Assembly (NCBI GenBank): GCA_030753015.1
Contig: JASMDC010000005.1
Span: forward strand, 84,015-148,014
DNA: 64,000 nt
From: Candidatus Undinarchaeales archaeon
GTDB lineage: Archaea; SpSt-1190; JASMDC01
Direction: 5' to 3'
A program made the position numbers and the translations under genes. The notes under the pieces are model-generated. The model did no database searches, was not told the origin of the DNA, and saw only the letters and a list, made by a program, of their open reading frames with translations. This document shows, one piece after another, positions 45,010 through 53,867 of the stretch; the stretch's first letter is position 1, and every line of letters begins with the position of its first letter.

Positions 45010-45480
45010 TTAGCTGCCGGTGGTGGTCATGGTGACGTTGCCGGTATCGGTGGTATCGTTGTGGAAGTAGTCGTACCGGATCACGCCGGTGCCTTCACCA
45101 TCAAGTTCGGCGTTGTCACAGTTGGGCGCCGCGCAGCAGGTGTTGCAGATGTCGTGGGGCTCGAACGTACCAACGTCGTTACATTCGTTCAGCATCCCCG
45201 CTTTCGACAGTGTATAACAGGGCATAGGGTTCTTGTCCACCTTGCGGTTCTTGGCGCACTCAGTGTACTTGGTCTCGCACTGGCTGGCGATGATGGCCAG
45301 ATCGTCGAGGCACCCGCCCGCCGAGTTGATGGCGATCTGGGGCTCCTCGTACCGCTTGCACGGGTCCTGTCGGCTGATCATCCCTCGGATGAAGGAGATG
45401 GCGATGGCCGCGATGGAGATCATGGCCACGAACATTAACAGCTTCTCGATCTGACCGCGCTTGCTTCGGATGAGCTTCAT
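45010..45480 (-). CDS. Type IV pilin-like protein with class III signal peptide
   Basis: MKLIRSKRG|QIEKLLMFVAMISIAAIAISF, then a Cys-rich globular part. Confidence 0.75.
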   Translation of the reverse strand: MKLIRSKRGQIEKLLMFVAMISIAAIAISFIRGMISRQDPCKRYEEPQIAINSAGGCLDDLAIIASQCETKYTECAKNRKVDKNPMPCYTLSKAGMLNECNDVGTFEPHDICNTCCAAPNCDNAELDGEGTGVIRYDYFHNDTTDTGNVTMTTTGS

Positions 45481-45502
45481 GGGTGATTAGGGGCGGGTAT
45501 AG

Positions 45503-45510
45503 TATATAAA
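45503..45510 (-). promoter_or_regulatory. TATA box of the pilin-like gene
   Basis: TTTATATA on the minus strand, 22 nt upstream of ATG 45480. Confidence 0.6.
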
Positions 45511-45544
45511 TGTTGTATCTTGGCCGCGGGAGGCGTTCTCGCCG

Positions 45545-46528
45545 CTAGATAACAGGCTCGCTGGCGATCATGTACCAGATGATGGCGGCGTTGATGAGGG
45601 GGAAGATCCCTCCGAAGATTACATAGAACATGAAAGTAGGCATATCGGCCATCCCGGAGCTCACGGCCACCACCATGAGCGCACCGAGCATGGCAGGGAA
45701 CACCGTCGATGTCGTGATGTAGAACGCCACAAGTCCCTTGAGCTTGCCCGAATACTCACGCAGCTTGTTGATGAGTGTGTCGTCGGCGTTCTTGGATAGG
45801 TTCCACAGGGGTGACTCGATGTTTGCACCAGACTCCACAGCGATCGCTAGCTGCTTGAACGCCGTGCCCATTCCCTGGCTGTCCTGCTGGTCGCCCACGT
45901 TCTTCAAAGCATCGGCGAGCGACATCCCACCTGCCCGCGATTGGCGGACAACGATGCCAACGGTCTTGGAGATTGGGCCGTAGTCACCCTCGGCCACGTT
46001 CATGAGGCTCTCCTCGATCTTGACATGCATGCACTGCTCAAGTGCCAGCGCTCGCAGGAAGTCGGGAAGCTCGCGCTCGGTCTCCTCCATGCGCTGCTTC
46101 TGGACGCTCTTGGGGTAGCCCTTGACGAACTGTAGGGTGAAGATGGAGATGAACACCGCGATGGGCATGGCGACGGCCAAGTCCGTGATGAGGACCCCCG
46201 CCCACTCCAGAGACGGACCTAGCATGACGGGTATGAGGTCGACGCCGAACTCCCGCATGAAGTCCATCTGGTCGGTCGTGGGGATGGCCAGGAACACACC
46301 GATACCGACGAGTACCACTCCGGCCAGGAAGCTCACGATGGCCGCCACATTGTAGAAGGTGATGTACTCCTCGACGCTGATGCCCGTGAACCCTGCCTTG
46401 TCGAGGTCCTTCCGGAGGAGGTCACGCCTCATGGGGTCCACGCTCCCTAAGTTCCCGCCGATACGGTCCTTGGCGCCCTTGGCATAGCGTTCGTAGGTCG
46501 AGAGGCTCGGGGTGAGGCGGGCGCGCAT
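45545..46528 (-). CDS. Type II secretion/type IV pilus platform protein (T2SSF, TadC/FlaJ-like)
   Basis: LRKDLDKAG...EEYI, TM pair, ERELPDFLRAL, DYGPIS, AVESGANI, LREYSGKL and two terminal TMs. Confidence 0.8.
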   Translation of the reverse strand: MRARLTPSLSTYERYAKGAKDRIGGNLGSVDPMRRDLLRKDLDKAGFTGISVEEYITFYNVAAIVSFLAGVVLVGIGVFLAIPTTDQMDFMREFGVDLIPVMLGPSLEWAGVLITDLAVAMPIAVFISIFTLQFVKGYPKSVQKQRMEETERELPDFLRALALEQCMHVKIEESLMNVAEGDYGPISKTVGIVVRQSRAGGMSLADALKNVGDQQDSQGMGTAFKQLAIAVESGANIESPLWNLSKNADDTLINKLREYSGKLKGLVAFYITTSTVFPAMLGALMVVAVSSGMADMPTFMFYVIFGGIFPLINAAIIWYMIASEPVI

Positions 46529-46560
46529 GGCCTGCTCGTCCCGCTCATGGACGAGCGAGT

Positions 46561-47019
46561 CTACGCCGCCGGGCAATCCTCTCCCCCCTGTGTGACGCAC
46601 TTTATCGTAAGGACATTCCCCGTGATACTGACATGGATCTCCTGGTCACCGCGAACATCGATGCTACTGGCACCATTTACCAAGAACGGGAACTGGCGAT
46701 GGAATATGTGGAACGCCGTACCTCCGCTGCGCGAATAATCAACGCGCAGGTCCGTGGCGTTGTTCTCGATATGGAGCACGATACTGCGGGTCAGTCCAAG
46801 CTTAAATCTGTACTCGTTATCGTTCCCCCGAGTATAGGCCTGAGCGATGCCAGCGTATATTTTCTCCCCGGCATGCCGCGCCGAGGACATGTTCATGGTG
46901 CTCGAGGCGACGGCGTACCGCGAGTACCCCCAACCGACGGTGAGCGAGAGCACGGAGAGCCCGGCTACGAAAATGAGCAGGGTCTCAAGAGCCTCTTGGC
47001 CGCGTCGGTGCCGGAGCAC
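46561..47019 (-). CDS. Pilin-like protein with class III signal peptide
   Basis: GTG start: MLRHRRG|QEALETLLIFVAGLSVLSL, with Glu at +5. Confidence 0.7.
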   Translation of the reverse strand: MLRHRRGQEALETLLIFVAGLSVLSLTVGWGYSRYAVASSTMNMSSARHAGEKIYAGIAQAYTRGNDNEYRFKLGLTRSIVLHIENNATDLRVDYSRSGGTAFHIFHRQFPFLVNGASSIDVRGDQEIHVSITGNVLTIKCVTQGGEDCPAA

Positions 47020-47068
47020 GGTCCCGGGATGGCGTGAAAAACATAAATATGCTTGGGTGGGGAGCACG

Positions 47069-47728
47069 TCACCGGTCGCTACCGTTCAGCACAGATCGGG
47101 TCAGTTCTCCAAGCCCCCTTATCACGTAAGGTCCCGTGTGCTCTCCCTCTCGGTCGATGAGGTACGCCCTGATGCCGATGGACCGAGGCTGCTCGAGGTC
47201 GAACTCGGGATCATCGCCGACGTGGACCACCTGCTCCGGGCTGACGCCCAGGTCGTCCACCACACGCTCCCACACGCTCGCGTCCTTCCAGACGTCCCCG
47301 AAGTCGCTGGGCACCGAGAATATGTGTTCGAAATGGTCCGAGAGCACCGGGGAAGCGAGCTTGGAGACATGGAACTCGCGACGTGCGAGAGTGACCAGTA
47401 CCAAGCGAAACCCTGCATCCCTGAGAGCGTCCAGGCACGGGGCAACGTCCGTGTACACCGTGACGCATCGCGCAAGCCGCTCGATGACCTCTCCCTGTGG
47501 TTCAGGAATACCGAAGCGCTCGAGCCAGTAATCAAGCCGGAACCATCGAGGGTCCTCACGTCCGATCTCGTCGTACGCGGCCATCACCCGGCGTCGGGCC
47601 TTCCCGAGGGGGAGACCCTCGATCTCCGATACACGACGGGGGATGTAGGTGAACCACAGCTCGTCATCGAACTTCTTGTTCACCAGTGTCCCGTCCAGAT
47701 CGAAGGATACCACGGTTATCGGGGCCAC
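47069..47728 (-). CDS. HAD-superfamily hydrolase
   Basis: SFDLDGTL, LVT, K and HVGDDPEFD motifs. Start trimmed to GTG 47728. Confidence 0.9.
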   Translation of the reverse strand: MAPITVVSFDLDGTLVNKKFDDELWFTYIPRRVSEIEGLPLGKARRRVMAAYDEIGREDPRWFRLDYWLERFGIPEPQGEVIERLARCVTVYTDVAPCLDALRDAGFRLVLVTLARREFHVSKLASPVLSDHFEHIFSVPSDFGDVWKDASVWERVVDDLGVSPEQVVHVGDDPEFDLEQPRSIGIRAYLIDREGEHTGPYVIRGLGELTRSVLNGSDR

Positions 47729-47750
47729 GGCATCGTACCCTTCCGCGAGG

Positions 47751-47757
47751 TTTATAA
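47751..47757. promoter_or_regulatory. Shared bidirectional TATA box (HAD / SAMP-ncsA)
   Basis: TTTATAA lies 22-23 nt from both divergent start codons. Confidence 0.6.
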
Positions 47758-47780
47758 CTGCTTCCACCCATGCCATCGCC

Positions 47781-47984
47781 ATGCGGATCCTGGTGAGGGT
47801 CATCGGGAAGGAGCCGAACACGGCCGAGCTGCCGACCGCTGCCACTGTAGGCGAGCTCCTGGCCGCTCAGGGAGTCAATCCGGTCACCATGATCGCTACC
47901 GTTGGAGGTCGGTTGGTCCCCGAGGACGCGGAGCTCACTGACGGTGACGAGGTCGTGCTCTACCCGGCCGTTTCGGGGGGATGA
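47781..47984 (+). CDS. Ubiquitin-like sulfur carrier (ThiS/MoaD/SAMP)
   Basis: 67 aa ending DGDEVVLYPAVSGG; overlaps ncsA by ATGA. Confidence 0.92.
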   Translation: MRILVRVIGKEPNTAELPTAATVGELLAAQGVNPVTMIATVGGRLVPEDAELTDGDEVVLYPAVSGG

Positions 47985-48925
47985 GGACGGCAGCCGATCC
48001 GTGCACCTGTGGCAGACCGTCGGCAGTCTACCTGGCCTACGGAAAGGAGCATCTTTGCGTCCGGTGCTTCGCAAGGCTCGTGGAGAAACGCGTGAGGACC
48101 ACTGTCCGTAAGCACAGGCTCATCCGACACCACCAACGCGTGGGCGTTTGCGTGTCCGGGGGCAAGGACTCGGCAACTGCCCTCCACCTCATGCACCGGC
48201 TCTACCGGAAGCGTAGCGACCTCGACCTCGTGGCCATCACGGTGGACGAGGGCATCGCCGGCTACAGAGAGCACGGGATCGCTGCGTGCCGTGAGAACTG
48301 CGCCCGTTTTGACATCCCCCATCACGTCTTCACGTTCCATGATGCGTTCGGGATCACCATGGACGACGTAGCAGGATTGGACGACGAGCTGGGGCCGTGC
48401 ACATACTGCGGGGTGCTGCGGCGGCGCCTGCTCAACTCGGCCGCCCGCGAGCTGGGCGTGGACGTGCTGGTGCTCGGCCACAACGCCGATGACGAGGCAC
48501 AGTCAGTGCTCATGAACCTCCTGAGGGGAGATGACCGGCGTATGATCTCCATGGGTCCGGTTCCCCCGAGAACAGCGGATCCTGCCTGGATCCCGCGTGT
48601 GCGACCGCTGCGGGCCCTACTGGAGCGTGAGACCACCGCCTATGCTGTGGCTAAAGACCTTACCATGGAGCTGGGGGAGTGCCCTCATGTCACCCGGGCG
48701 TTCCGCGTGGCCGTTCGCGACATGCTCAAGGACCTCGAACATCAGTACCCCGGGAGTACCCATACCGTTGTCCGGACCTCCGACCGCCTGGTAGCGCGGC
48801 TGAGAGAGCACGACGACCGTCCTCCTGCCACAGCATGCTCTTCGTGCGGCGAACCCTCATCGGGGGATCCCTGCATGGTATGCTCGCTGCTCAAGCGTGT
48901 GCAGGAAAAATGCTCTACTGACTAG
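47981..48925 (+). CDS. ncsA: tRNA 2-thiouridine synthetase (NcsA/TtuA family)
   Basis: N-terminal Zn finger, SGGKDS PP-loop, CTYCGVLRR, GHNADDE, ECP and C-terminal CSSCGEP...CMVC. Confidence 0.9.
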   Translation: MRTAADPCTCGRPSAVYLAYGKEHLCVRCFARLVEKRVRTTVRKHRLIRHHQRVGVCVSGGKDSATALHLMHRLYRKRSDLDLVAITVDEGIAGYREHGIAACRENCARFDIPHHVFTFHDAFGITMDDVAGLDDELGPCTYCGVLRRRLLNSAARELGVDVLVLGHNADDEAQSVLMNLLRGDDRRMISMGPVPPRTADPAWIPRVRPLRALLERETTAYAVAKDLTMELGECPHVTRAFRVAVRDMLKDLEHQYPGSTHTVVRTSDRLVARLREHDDRPPATACSSCGEPSSGDPCMVCSLLKRVQEKCSTD

Positions 48926-48955
48926 GGATAAGATCACAGGTGCCCGGTAGAGCGC

Positions 48956-49711
48956 TCAGTCCGTGTCGACCCGCGGCGCTAGGATGAAGGACAGGTTCAC
49001 CTTATCGATCTGGGTGAAATCCATCCGCATCGGGTAGTCATTGCCCAGGCTGACTGAGACGAGCGGAGCGATCTTGGTACCGCTCACCATCTTCATCAGG
49101 TAGTCCAGGGAGTACCGGGACTTGGTCGCGTCCTTGGCCTCCGCCTTGATGAGACCGTCCGACTCCTTCGCCAGCTGTAGGGCGGTGTTGCCCGTATCGC
49201 CCTCGGCCTCCATGTGGAACCCATCGGGTCCGATGGAGATGATAACGTTGTCGCTGAAAATCTTGGCGTCCTCGATCCCGTCCTTGAGGATCTCGGCCCG
49301 CAGTTCCGCCGTGGCGGGGAAGTCGAGCTTGGGTACGGGGCGGTCCGCGTCGGTCGTGTCGAGCAGGGCGATTGCGAAGGTCCGTGTCGACTTGCCCTCG
49401 TAGGTGACCATGAGCTTCTCGTTCTCGAGCTTGAGCGTGAGGCCGTCGGAGGGCTTGGCACGCTTGAGCACCGTAGTGAGGTTCTCGATGTCCACGGTGA
49501 TGTTGGTCTCCTGGTCCACCTCGAACGTCTCGAAGGCCGGCGAGAGGAGGTTGAAGATCACCATGGCCACGTTGGCAGGGTCCATGGCAGCGAGCTTGAT
49601 GCCGTCCTTGGAGATGTTGAATGTGCACTGGTCCTTCACCAGGCTGGAGATTGTGGAAACGGTCTCCTTGAGGAGCCGTGTGTCCTGAATACGCGCTTCG
49701 AACATGATCAT
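48956..49711 (-). CDS. pcn: DNA polymerase sliding clamp (PCNA)
   Basis: AMDPANVAMV, LKRAK, SRYSLDYL, LGNDYPM and FILAPRV. ATG 49705 is an alternative start. Confidence 0.97.
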   Translation of the reverse strand: MIMFEARIQDTRLLKETVSTISSLVKDQCTFNISKDGIKLAAMDPANVAMVIFNLLSPAFETFEVDQETNITVDIENLTTVLKRAKPSDGLTLKLENEKLMVTYEGKSTRTFAIALLDTTDADRPVPKLDFPATAELRAEILKDGIEDAKIFSDNVIISIGPDGFHMEAEGDTGNTALQLAKESDGLIKAEAKDATKSRYSLDYLMKMVSGTKIAPLVSVSLGNDYPMRMDFTQIDKVNLSFILAPRVDTD

Positions 49712-50061
49712 TCACCCTTCATCTTGGCTTCGAGGGCCCTAACCCGCTTGAGCAGACCTACGTCAAGGTTATTAATCTTTTCAACGGCCTCGCCGCGGAG
49801 CTCGAAGCCCCCCTCCAGGGGCACCACGCGACCGATGAGCTTCACCATGTCACCTTGGGTGATGCCGTCCAGACGCTCGATGAGGTCGAGGTCGTCGAAG
49901 AAGGCCGTTGCCGTGCCCGTGCCGTCGTCCAGGGCGATGGTCGAGAGCTCCGAGTCCTTGCCGACCACCGTACCGATTATCCGTATACGCCGGTCCTCGG
50001 TGGTGATGGCCCCGATCTCCCGCTCAACGCTGGGACGCCGTCGCAGTTCTTGGCCTTCCAT
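49708..50061 (-). CDS. Single OB-fold protein, RPA14/RPA3-like
   Basis: RRRPSVERE...RIRIIGTVV...LDDGTG...VKLIGRV; overlaps the pcn start. Confidence 0.75.
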   Translation of the reverse strand: MEGQELRRRPSVEREIGAITTEDRRIRIIGTVVGKDSELSTIALDDGTGTATAFFDDLDLIERLDGITQGDMVKLIGRVVPLEGGFELRGEAVEKINNLDVGLLKRVRALEAKMKGE

Positions 50062-50116
50062 CCCGTCGGGCGACAACCCCAAGAAATATAAATCTACGAC
50101 CGGGCCCCGCAGGCCC

Positions 50117-50911
50117 GTGGACCTGCAGTTCCGGGCCCTCTCTCGTATGAGGCCACGCGATCCCGTCCTTGTAGAGGGCCTTCCCGGTATCGGGAACATC
50201 GGGCTCATCTCGGTCGACTACCTCATCGACCGACTCGAGGCCCGACCCTTCGCCGAACTGTACTCACGACACTTCCCTCCGGTGGCCATCCTCGACGATG
50301 ACGATCAAGCGAGCCTCCCGTCCAACGAGCTCTACGTCCACCGTCGGTGCGGTGGCGACATCCTATTCCTCAGGGGAGACGCACAAGCCATCTCGTCAGA
50401 AGGCCAGCACGCGGTCGCACGGGGCATCATCGATACCTGCCACACTCTCGGCGTTCGTCGGGTGGTGACGGTTGGAGGATTCTACACGGACCCTGGTGAG
50501 ATCAAGGGTGAGCCGAAGATCCTCGTGGCGACATCGTCCGCTGCAGTCCGTGCCACTATAGCCGCTGGCGGGCTGGCTGGACGCGTGGAGTTCCAGTCCG
50601 ACCTCGGTGGTGGTACAATCTTCGGCGCCAACGGATTGCTGCTGGGATTCGCCCACCTTCAGGGGATGGAGGGATTATCCCTCATGGTGCAAACCCTCCA
50701 TAAGGACGAGTACGGATTCGACCTGGACGCGAGCTGCATGGCGATCGACGCCCTCTCCCGCCTCCTGGACATCCCCTGCACACCCCAGGACCTGGCCCGG
50801 GACATGGCCGCCGTTTCCAACGAGATATCCGACTCGGCACTAGGGCCGCGCCACAGCATTCTCAAGGCCCTTACCAAGGCGCCTTCGGAGGACGACTTCT
50901 ATGTCAGATGA
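50117..50911 (+). CDS. Proteasome assembly chaperone (PAC2 family)
   Basis: LVEGLPGIGNIG, LYSRHFPP, GDAQ, VTVGG, IFGANGLLLG and C-terminal DDFYVR. Start trimmed from the 565-aa ORF. Confidence 0.88.
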   Translation: MDLQFRALSRMRPRDPVLVEGLPGIGNIGLISVDYLIDRLEARPFAELYSRHFPPVAILDDDDQASLPSNELYVHRRCGGDILFLRGDAQAISSEGQHAVARGIIDTCHTLGVRRVVTVGGFYTDPGEIKGEPKILVATSSAAVRATIAAGGLAGRVEFQSDLGGGTIFGANGLLLGFAHLQGMEGLSLMVQTLHKDEYGFDLDASCMAIDALSRLLDIPCTPQDLARDMAAVSNEISDSALGPRHSILKALTKAPSEDDFYVR

Positions 50912-51620
50912 CGTCGCGGACGATAGACCTTCGGTATCCATTGTCATCCCCTGCCACAACGAGGAGCGGAACGTGGAGCGGGCGGTGACCGAGACCTTGG
51001 GATCACTGGGCGGCCTTGACCTCGAGGTCCTCGTGGAGGAAGACGGGAGCACTGACCGGACAGCCGAGATCGCACGGTCGCTCGCCGAGGGTGATCCGCG
51101 TATCAGAGTGCTCTCCTTCCCCGAGGAGCGGCTGGGCAAGGGCGGTGGGTTCGCCCGGGCCGCCGGAAAAGCGACAAAGGACGTCATCGTGCTCATGGAC
51201 GCCGACCTGGCCGTCCATCCCCGAGAAGTACTACGGGCGTTGGACCGGATGCAGGGAGGGGTGGCCATGGTGATCGGCTCCCGGGAGGTCGCCGGCTCCA
51301 AGCGGATGGTGGATCAGACCCCTGCCCGGCGCGTCGCCGGTAAGGCGTTCTCCCTATTGGTGCGCACAATGTTCTGGCTCCCGTTCAACGACCTCCAGTG
51401 CGGGTTCAAGGTCATGCGCCGGGAGGTCATCGAGACGACCACTCTCACCCACCTTGGATGGGAATTCGACACCGAGCTCATCTGGAAGGCCTTGCGGGCC
51501 GGATTCACAGTGGAGGAGATGGGGGTCCACTGGACCGAGGGTGGCGACTCACGGCTCCGCATCTACCCTGATGCGTTCAATATGCTGTGGGGGCTCATCC
51601 TCCTCAGGTTGGGGAGATGA
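50901..51620 (+). CDS. GT2 polyprenyl/dolichyl-phosphate hexosyltransferase
   Basis: IVIPCHNEE, EDGSTDRT, GKGGG, MDADL, IGSR, DLQCGFK and FDTEL. Confidence 0.9.
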   Translation: MSDDVADDRPSVSIVIPCHNEERNVERAVTETLGSLGGLDLEVLVEEDGSTDRTAEIARSLAEGDPRIRVLSFPEERLGKGGGFARAAGKATKDVIVLMDADLAVHPREVLRALDRMQGGVAMVIGSREVAGSKRMVDQTPARRVAGKAFSLLVRTMFWLPFNDLQCGFKVMRREVIETTTLTHLGWEFDTELIWKALRAGFTVEEMGVHWTEGGDSRLRIYPDAFNMLWGLILLRLGR

Positions 51621-51623
51621 ACT

Positions 51624-51896
51624 ATGGGCCGCGACCGCGTTACCAGGGAGGAACTGGAGACCTCGCTCACCCGCATCGGAGCGGTGCTCTCGGGCATCCG
51701 GGTGCTTGACGATGAGCGGGGACCGGGCTACCTCAAGAACGTGCGTGCCTACGTCACCGACACGCGCTATTTCATGGAAAAGAAAGAGGATCTCGTGCTC
51801 GCTTTCGAAGCAGTGACTTGGGCATGGGCATGGGTGGAGATAGGATGCGATCTCGGAGTGCTCGCCTCCGACGAACCGCGCCTCCAGAAGTTTTAA
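51624..51896 (+). CDS. DUF357 family protein
   Basis: AYVTDTRYFMEKKEDLVLAFEAVTWAWAWVEIG pattern, 90 aa. Confidence 0.8.
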   Translation: MGRDRVTREELETSLTRIGAVLSGIRVLDDERGPGYLKNVRAYVTDTRYFMEKKEDLVLAFEAVTWAWAWVEIGCDLGVLASDEPRLQKF

Positions 51897-51921
51897 GAGT
51901 CCTGCGGTCGGGGTGGTTGCC

Positions 51922-52563
51922 ATGAATGATGAGCGTCAGGAGATCGCCCGTGGTGCCGAGGCTGTGCTCTACCGGGCCACCGGAGAGGATGGTGACGTGC
52001 TCATCAAAGAGCGCGTTCCCAAGAGCTATCGACATCATATCTTGGACGATCGTCTGCGCCGCCAGCGCACGAAGCGCGAGGCAAAGCTCCTGGAGAAAGC
52101 ACGCACTGTGGGCGTCACATGCCCCAAGGTGCTCTCCGTGGACAAGCGAGTCCAGGCCATCGTTATGGAGTTCATCGACGGGCCCCCACTGCGCCAGGCA
52201 GCGAACGAGGTCGGTCCCGAGGAGCGGGTCCGGCTCTTCAAGGAGCTCGGCAGGATGGTCGGCTCCCTCCACGGCAAGGACATGATGCATGGCGACCTCA
52301 CAACCTCCAACGTCATCGTCAAGGACGGTAAGCTCCACCTCATCGACTTCGGTCTCGGATTCCATTCAACTAACGTCGAGGACAAGGCCGTGGACCTCCA
52401 CCTGCTTGAGCGGGCCATCGATGCAACGCACTTCGCCTTCGCCGAGGAGGCCTTCGAAGCGGTGAAGGAGGGATACGTTGAGACACTACCGGACGCTGAG
52501 CTGGTGTTCCGTCGCATCGAACAGATCGAGGGGCGTCGCAGGTACTCCTCAAAGAAATCCTGA
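51922..52563 (+). CDS. bud32: KEOPS complex kinase Bud32 (stand-alone)
   Basis: GAEA, KERVPKSYRH, RTKREA, HGDLTTSN, IDFGL, EDKAVDL and RRRY. Confidence 0.93.
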   Translation: MNDERQEIARGAEAVLYRATGEDGDVLIKERVPKSYRHHILDDRLRRQRTKREAKLLEKARTVGVTCPKVLSVDKRVQAIVMEFIDGPPLRQAANEVGPEERVRLFKELGRMVGSLHGKDMMHGDLTTSNVIVKDGKLHLIDFGLGFHSTNVEDKAVDLHLLERAIDATHFAFAEEAFEAVKEGYVETLPDAELVFRRIEQIEGRRRYSSKKS

Positions 52564-52609
52564 GCCGGGACCGCTCCATTTATTAAGGTTGACCGACCCC
52601 CTTGGCCCG

Positions 52610-53539
52610 ATGGCACGCAAGGGAGCGGGCACCGGGAAGAAGACGAAGGGAGGGAAGAAAGCCCCTACCCCCATGGGGATCCATGAAGGGGCTGAGCAAG
52701 GGACCGCCACTATCCCCCAGGCCCTCGGCGAACGGGAGATGCGGCTCATCTACGACTTCACTGCCAAGATGGTCCAGCAGTTCCGCCTTTTCATAAAGAC
52801 CGTGGCCGTGTTCGGCAGCTTTGCTCGCGGCGACATAGGCGGAAAGGGCGACATCGACATACTCATCATCGTGGACGACGGTGCTCTGGAGCTGCGCGGC
52901 GAGGTCAAGAAGCTCTACAACCAGGAGATGCAGCGCATCATCCGCTCGGAGCACTCACCGCTCAAGTTCCACGTGAACACCGTCCCCCTCTCCGAGTTCT
53001 GGGACGGGATCCGCATCGCCGATCCCATCCTCCTCAACATCGTACGGGAAGGCCTGCCCATCTTCGACCGAGGATTCTTCGTCCCCGTCAAGAAGCTCAT
53101 GGAACAGGGCAAGATCCGCCCCACCACCGAGTCGATGTTCCTTTGTCTGGACAATGCGGACATGCACCTGGTACGTCACCAGGACTTCCTGCTCAAGTCG
53201 GCGAACGAGCTCTACTGGGCAGCGATCGATTCCGTCCACGCTGCGCTTATGAGCGTGCGCGTCGTTCCGCCCGATCCGAAGGAAGCTTCCCGCATGCTGC
53301 GCGAGCATCTGGTGGAGCCCGGCTACGTCGATGAGCGGTACGCGGTCATCATGGACGAGATCTACCGCATCATGAAGATGATCGACCACGGCGAGCTCAA
53401 GCACATCTCCGGAGAGGACGTCGATAGTTATGCCTCGTCGGTGAAGGACCTCACCTCCCATCTCAAACAGTTCGTGCGTGATAGGGAAGCGACGACCCTG
53501 AAGAAAATCGAAAGGCTTAAATCGAAGGACGGGGGCTGA
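52610..53539 (+). CDS. Nucleotidyltransferase domain fused to a HEPN-like domain
   Basis: VFGSFARG...GDIDILIIVDD; C-terminal ELYWAAIDSVHAALM...YRIMKMIDHG helical domain. Confidence 0.78.
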   Translation: MARKGAGTGKKTKGGKKAPTPMGIHEGAEQGTATIPQALGEREMRLIYDFTAKMVQQFRLFIKTVAVFGSFARGDIGGKGDIDILIIVDDGALELRGEVKKLYNQEMQRIIRSEHSPLKFHVNTVPLSEFWDGIRIADPILLNIVREGLPIFDRGFFVPVKKLMEQGKIRPTTESMFLCLDNADMHLVRHQDFLLKSANELYWAAIDSVHAALMSVRVVPPDPKEASRMLREHLVEPGYVDERYAVIMDEIYRIMKMIDHGELKHISGEDVDSYASSVKDLTSHLKQFVRDREATTLKKIERLKSKDGG

Positions 53540-53546
53540 GTGTAGT

Positions 53547-53639
53547 ATGGGTATACAGGGAATCGCCACATTCTTCGGATTCATCATCCTGCTCTACGGC
53601 CTAATCTCCCGGCTCGCTGAGCCCCAGACCTATCCGTAG
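53547..53639 (+). CDS. Putative 30-aa single-TM microprotein
   Basis: MGIQGIATFFGFIILLYGLISRLAEPQTYP; fills the gap between two co-oriented genes. Confidence 0.4.
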   Translation: MGIQGIATFFGFIILLYGLISRLAEPQTYP

Positions 53640-53669
53640 GTTCCGGTTATTGACGGGGTGAGCGAGCAT

Positions 53670-53867
53670 ATGGACCTATCGAAGCCGTACTCGAAGCTCG
53701 CCCTTCTGTTCATCCTCGTCCTCAGCATCCTCTTCTGGTTCGGATTCCCTATGAGCATCCTGGCCATCCTCGTGATCGTATGGGTCGTGTACTCCATCGA
53801 GTTAATGGAGAGCCTTGAGAGGAAGGGGAAGAAGAGCAGGGTGAAACAGGGGCTCGAAGAGGACTAG
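53670..53867 (+). CDS. Small two-TM membrane protein
   Basis: Hydrophobic hairpin and a basic C-terminal tail; GTG 53658 is an alternative start. Confidence 0.55.
   Translation: MDLSKPYSKLALLFILVLSILFWFGFPMSILAILVIVWVVYSIELMESLERKGKKSRVKQGLEED

Noticed and set aside
46847-47941. 364-aa plus-strand ORF
   Set aside because: Overlaps the pilin-like and HAD genes in antisense and SAMP out of frame; no motifs.
49214-50116. Apparent 300-aa N-terminal fusion to PAC2
   Set aside because: Antisense to pcn and the OB-fold gene. PAC2 homology starts near 50117.
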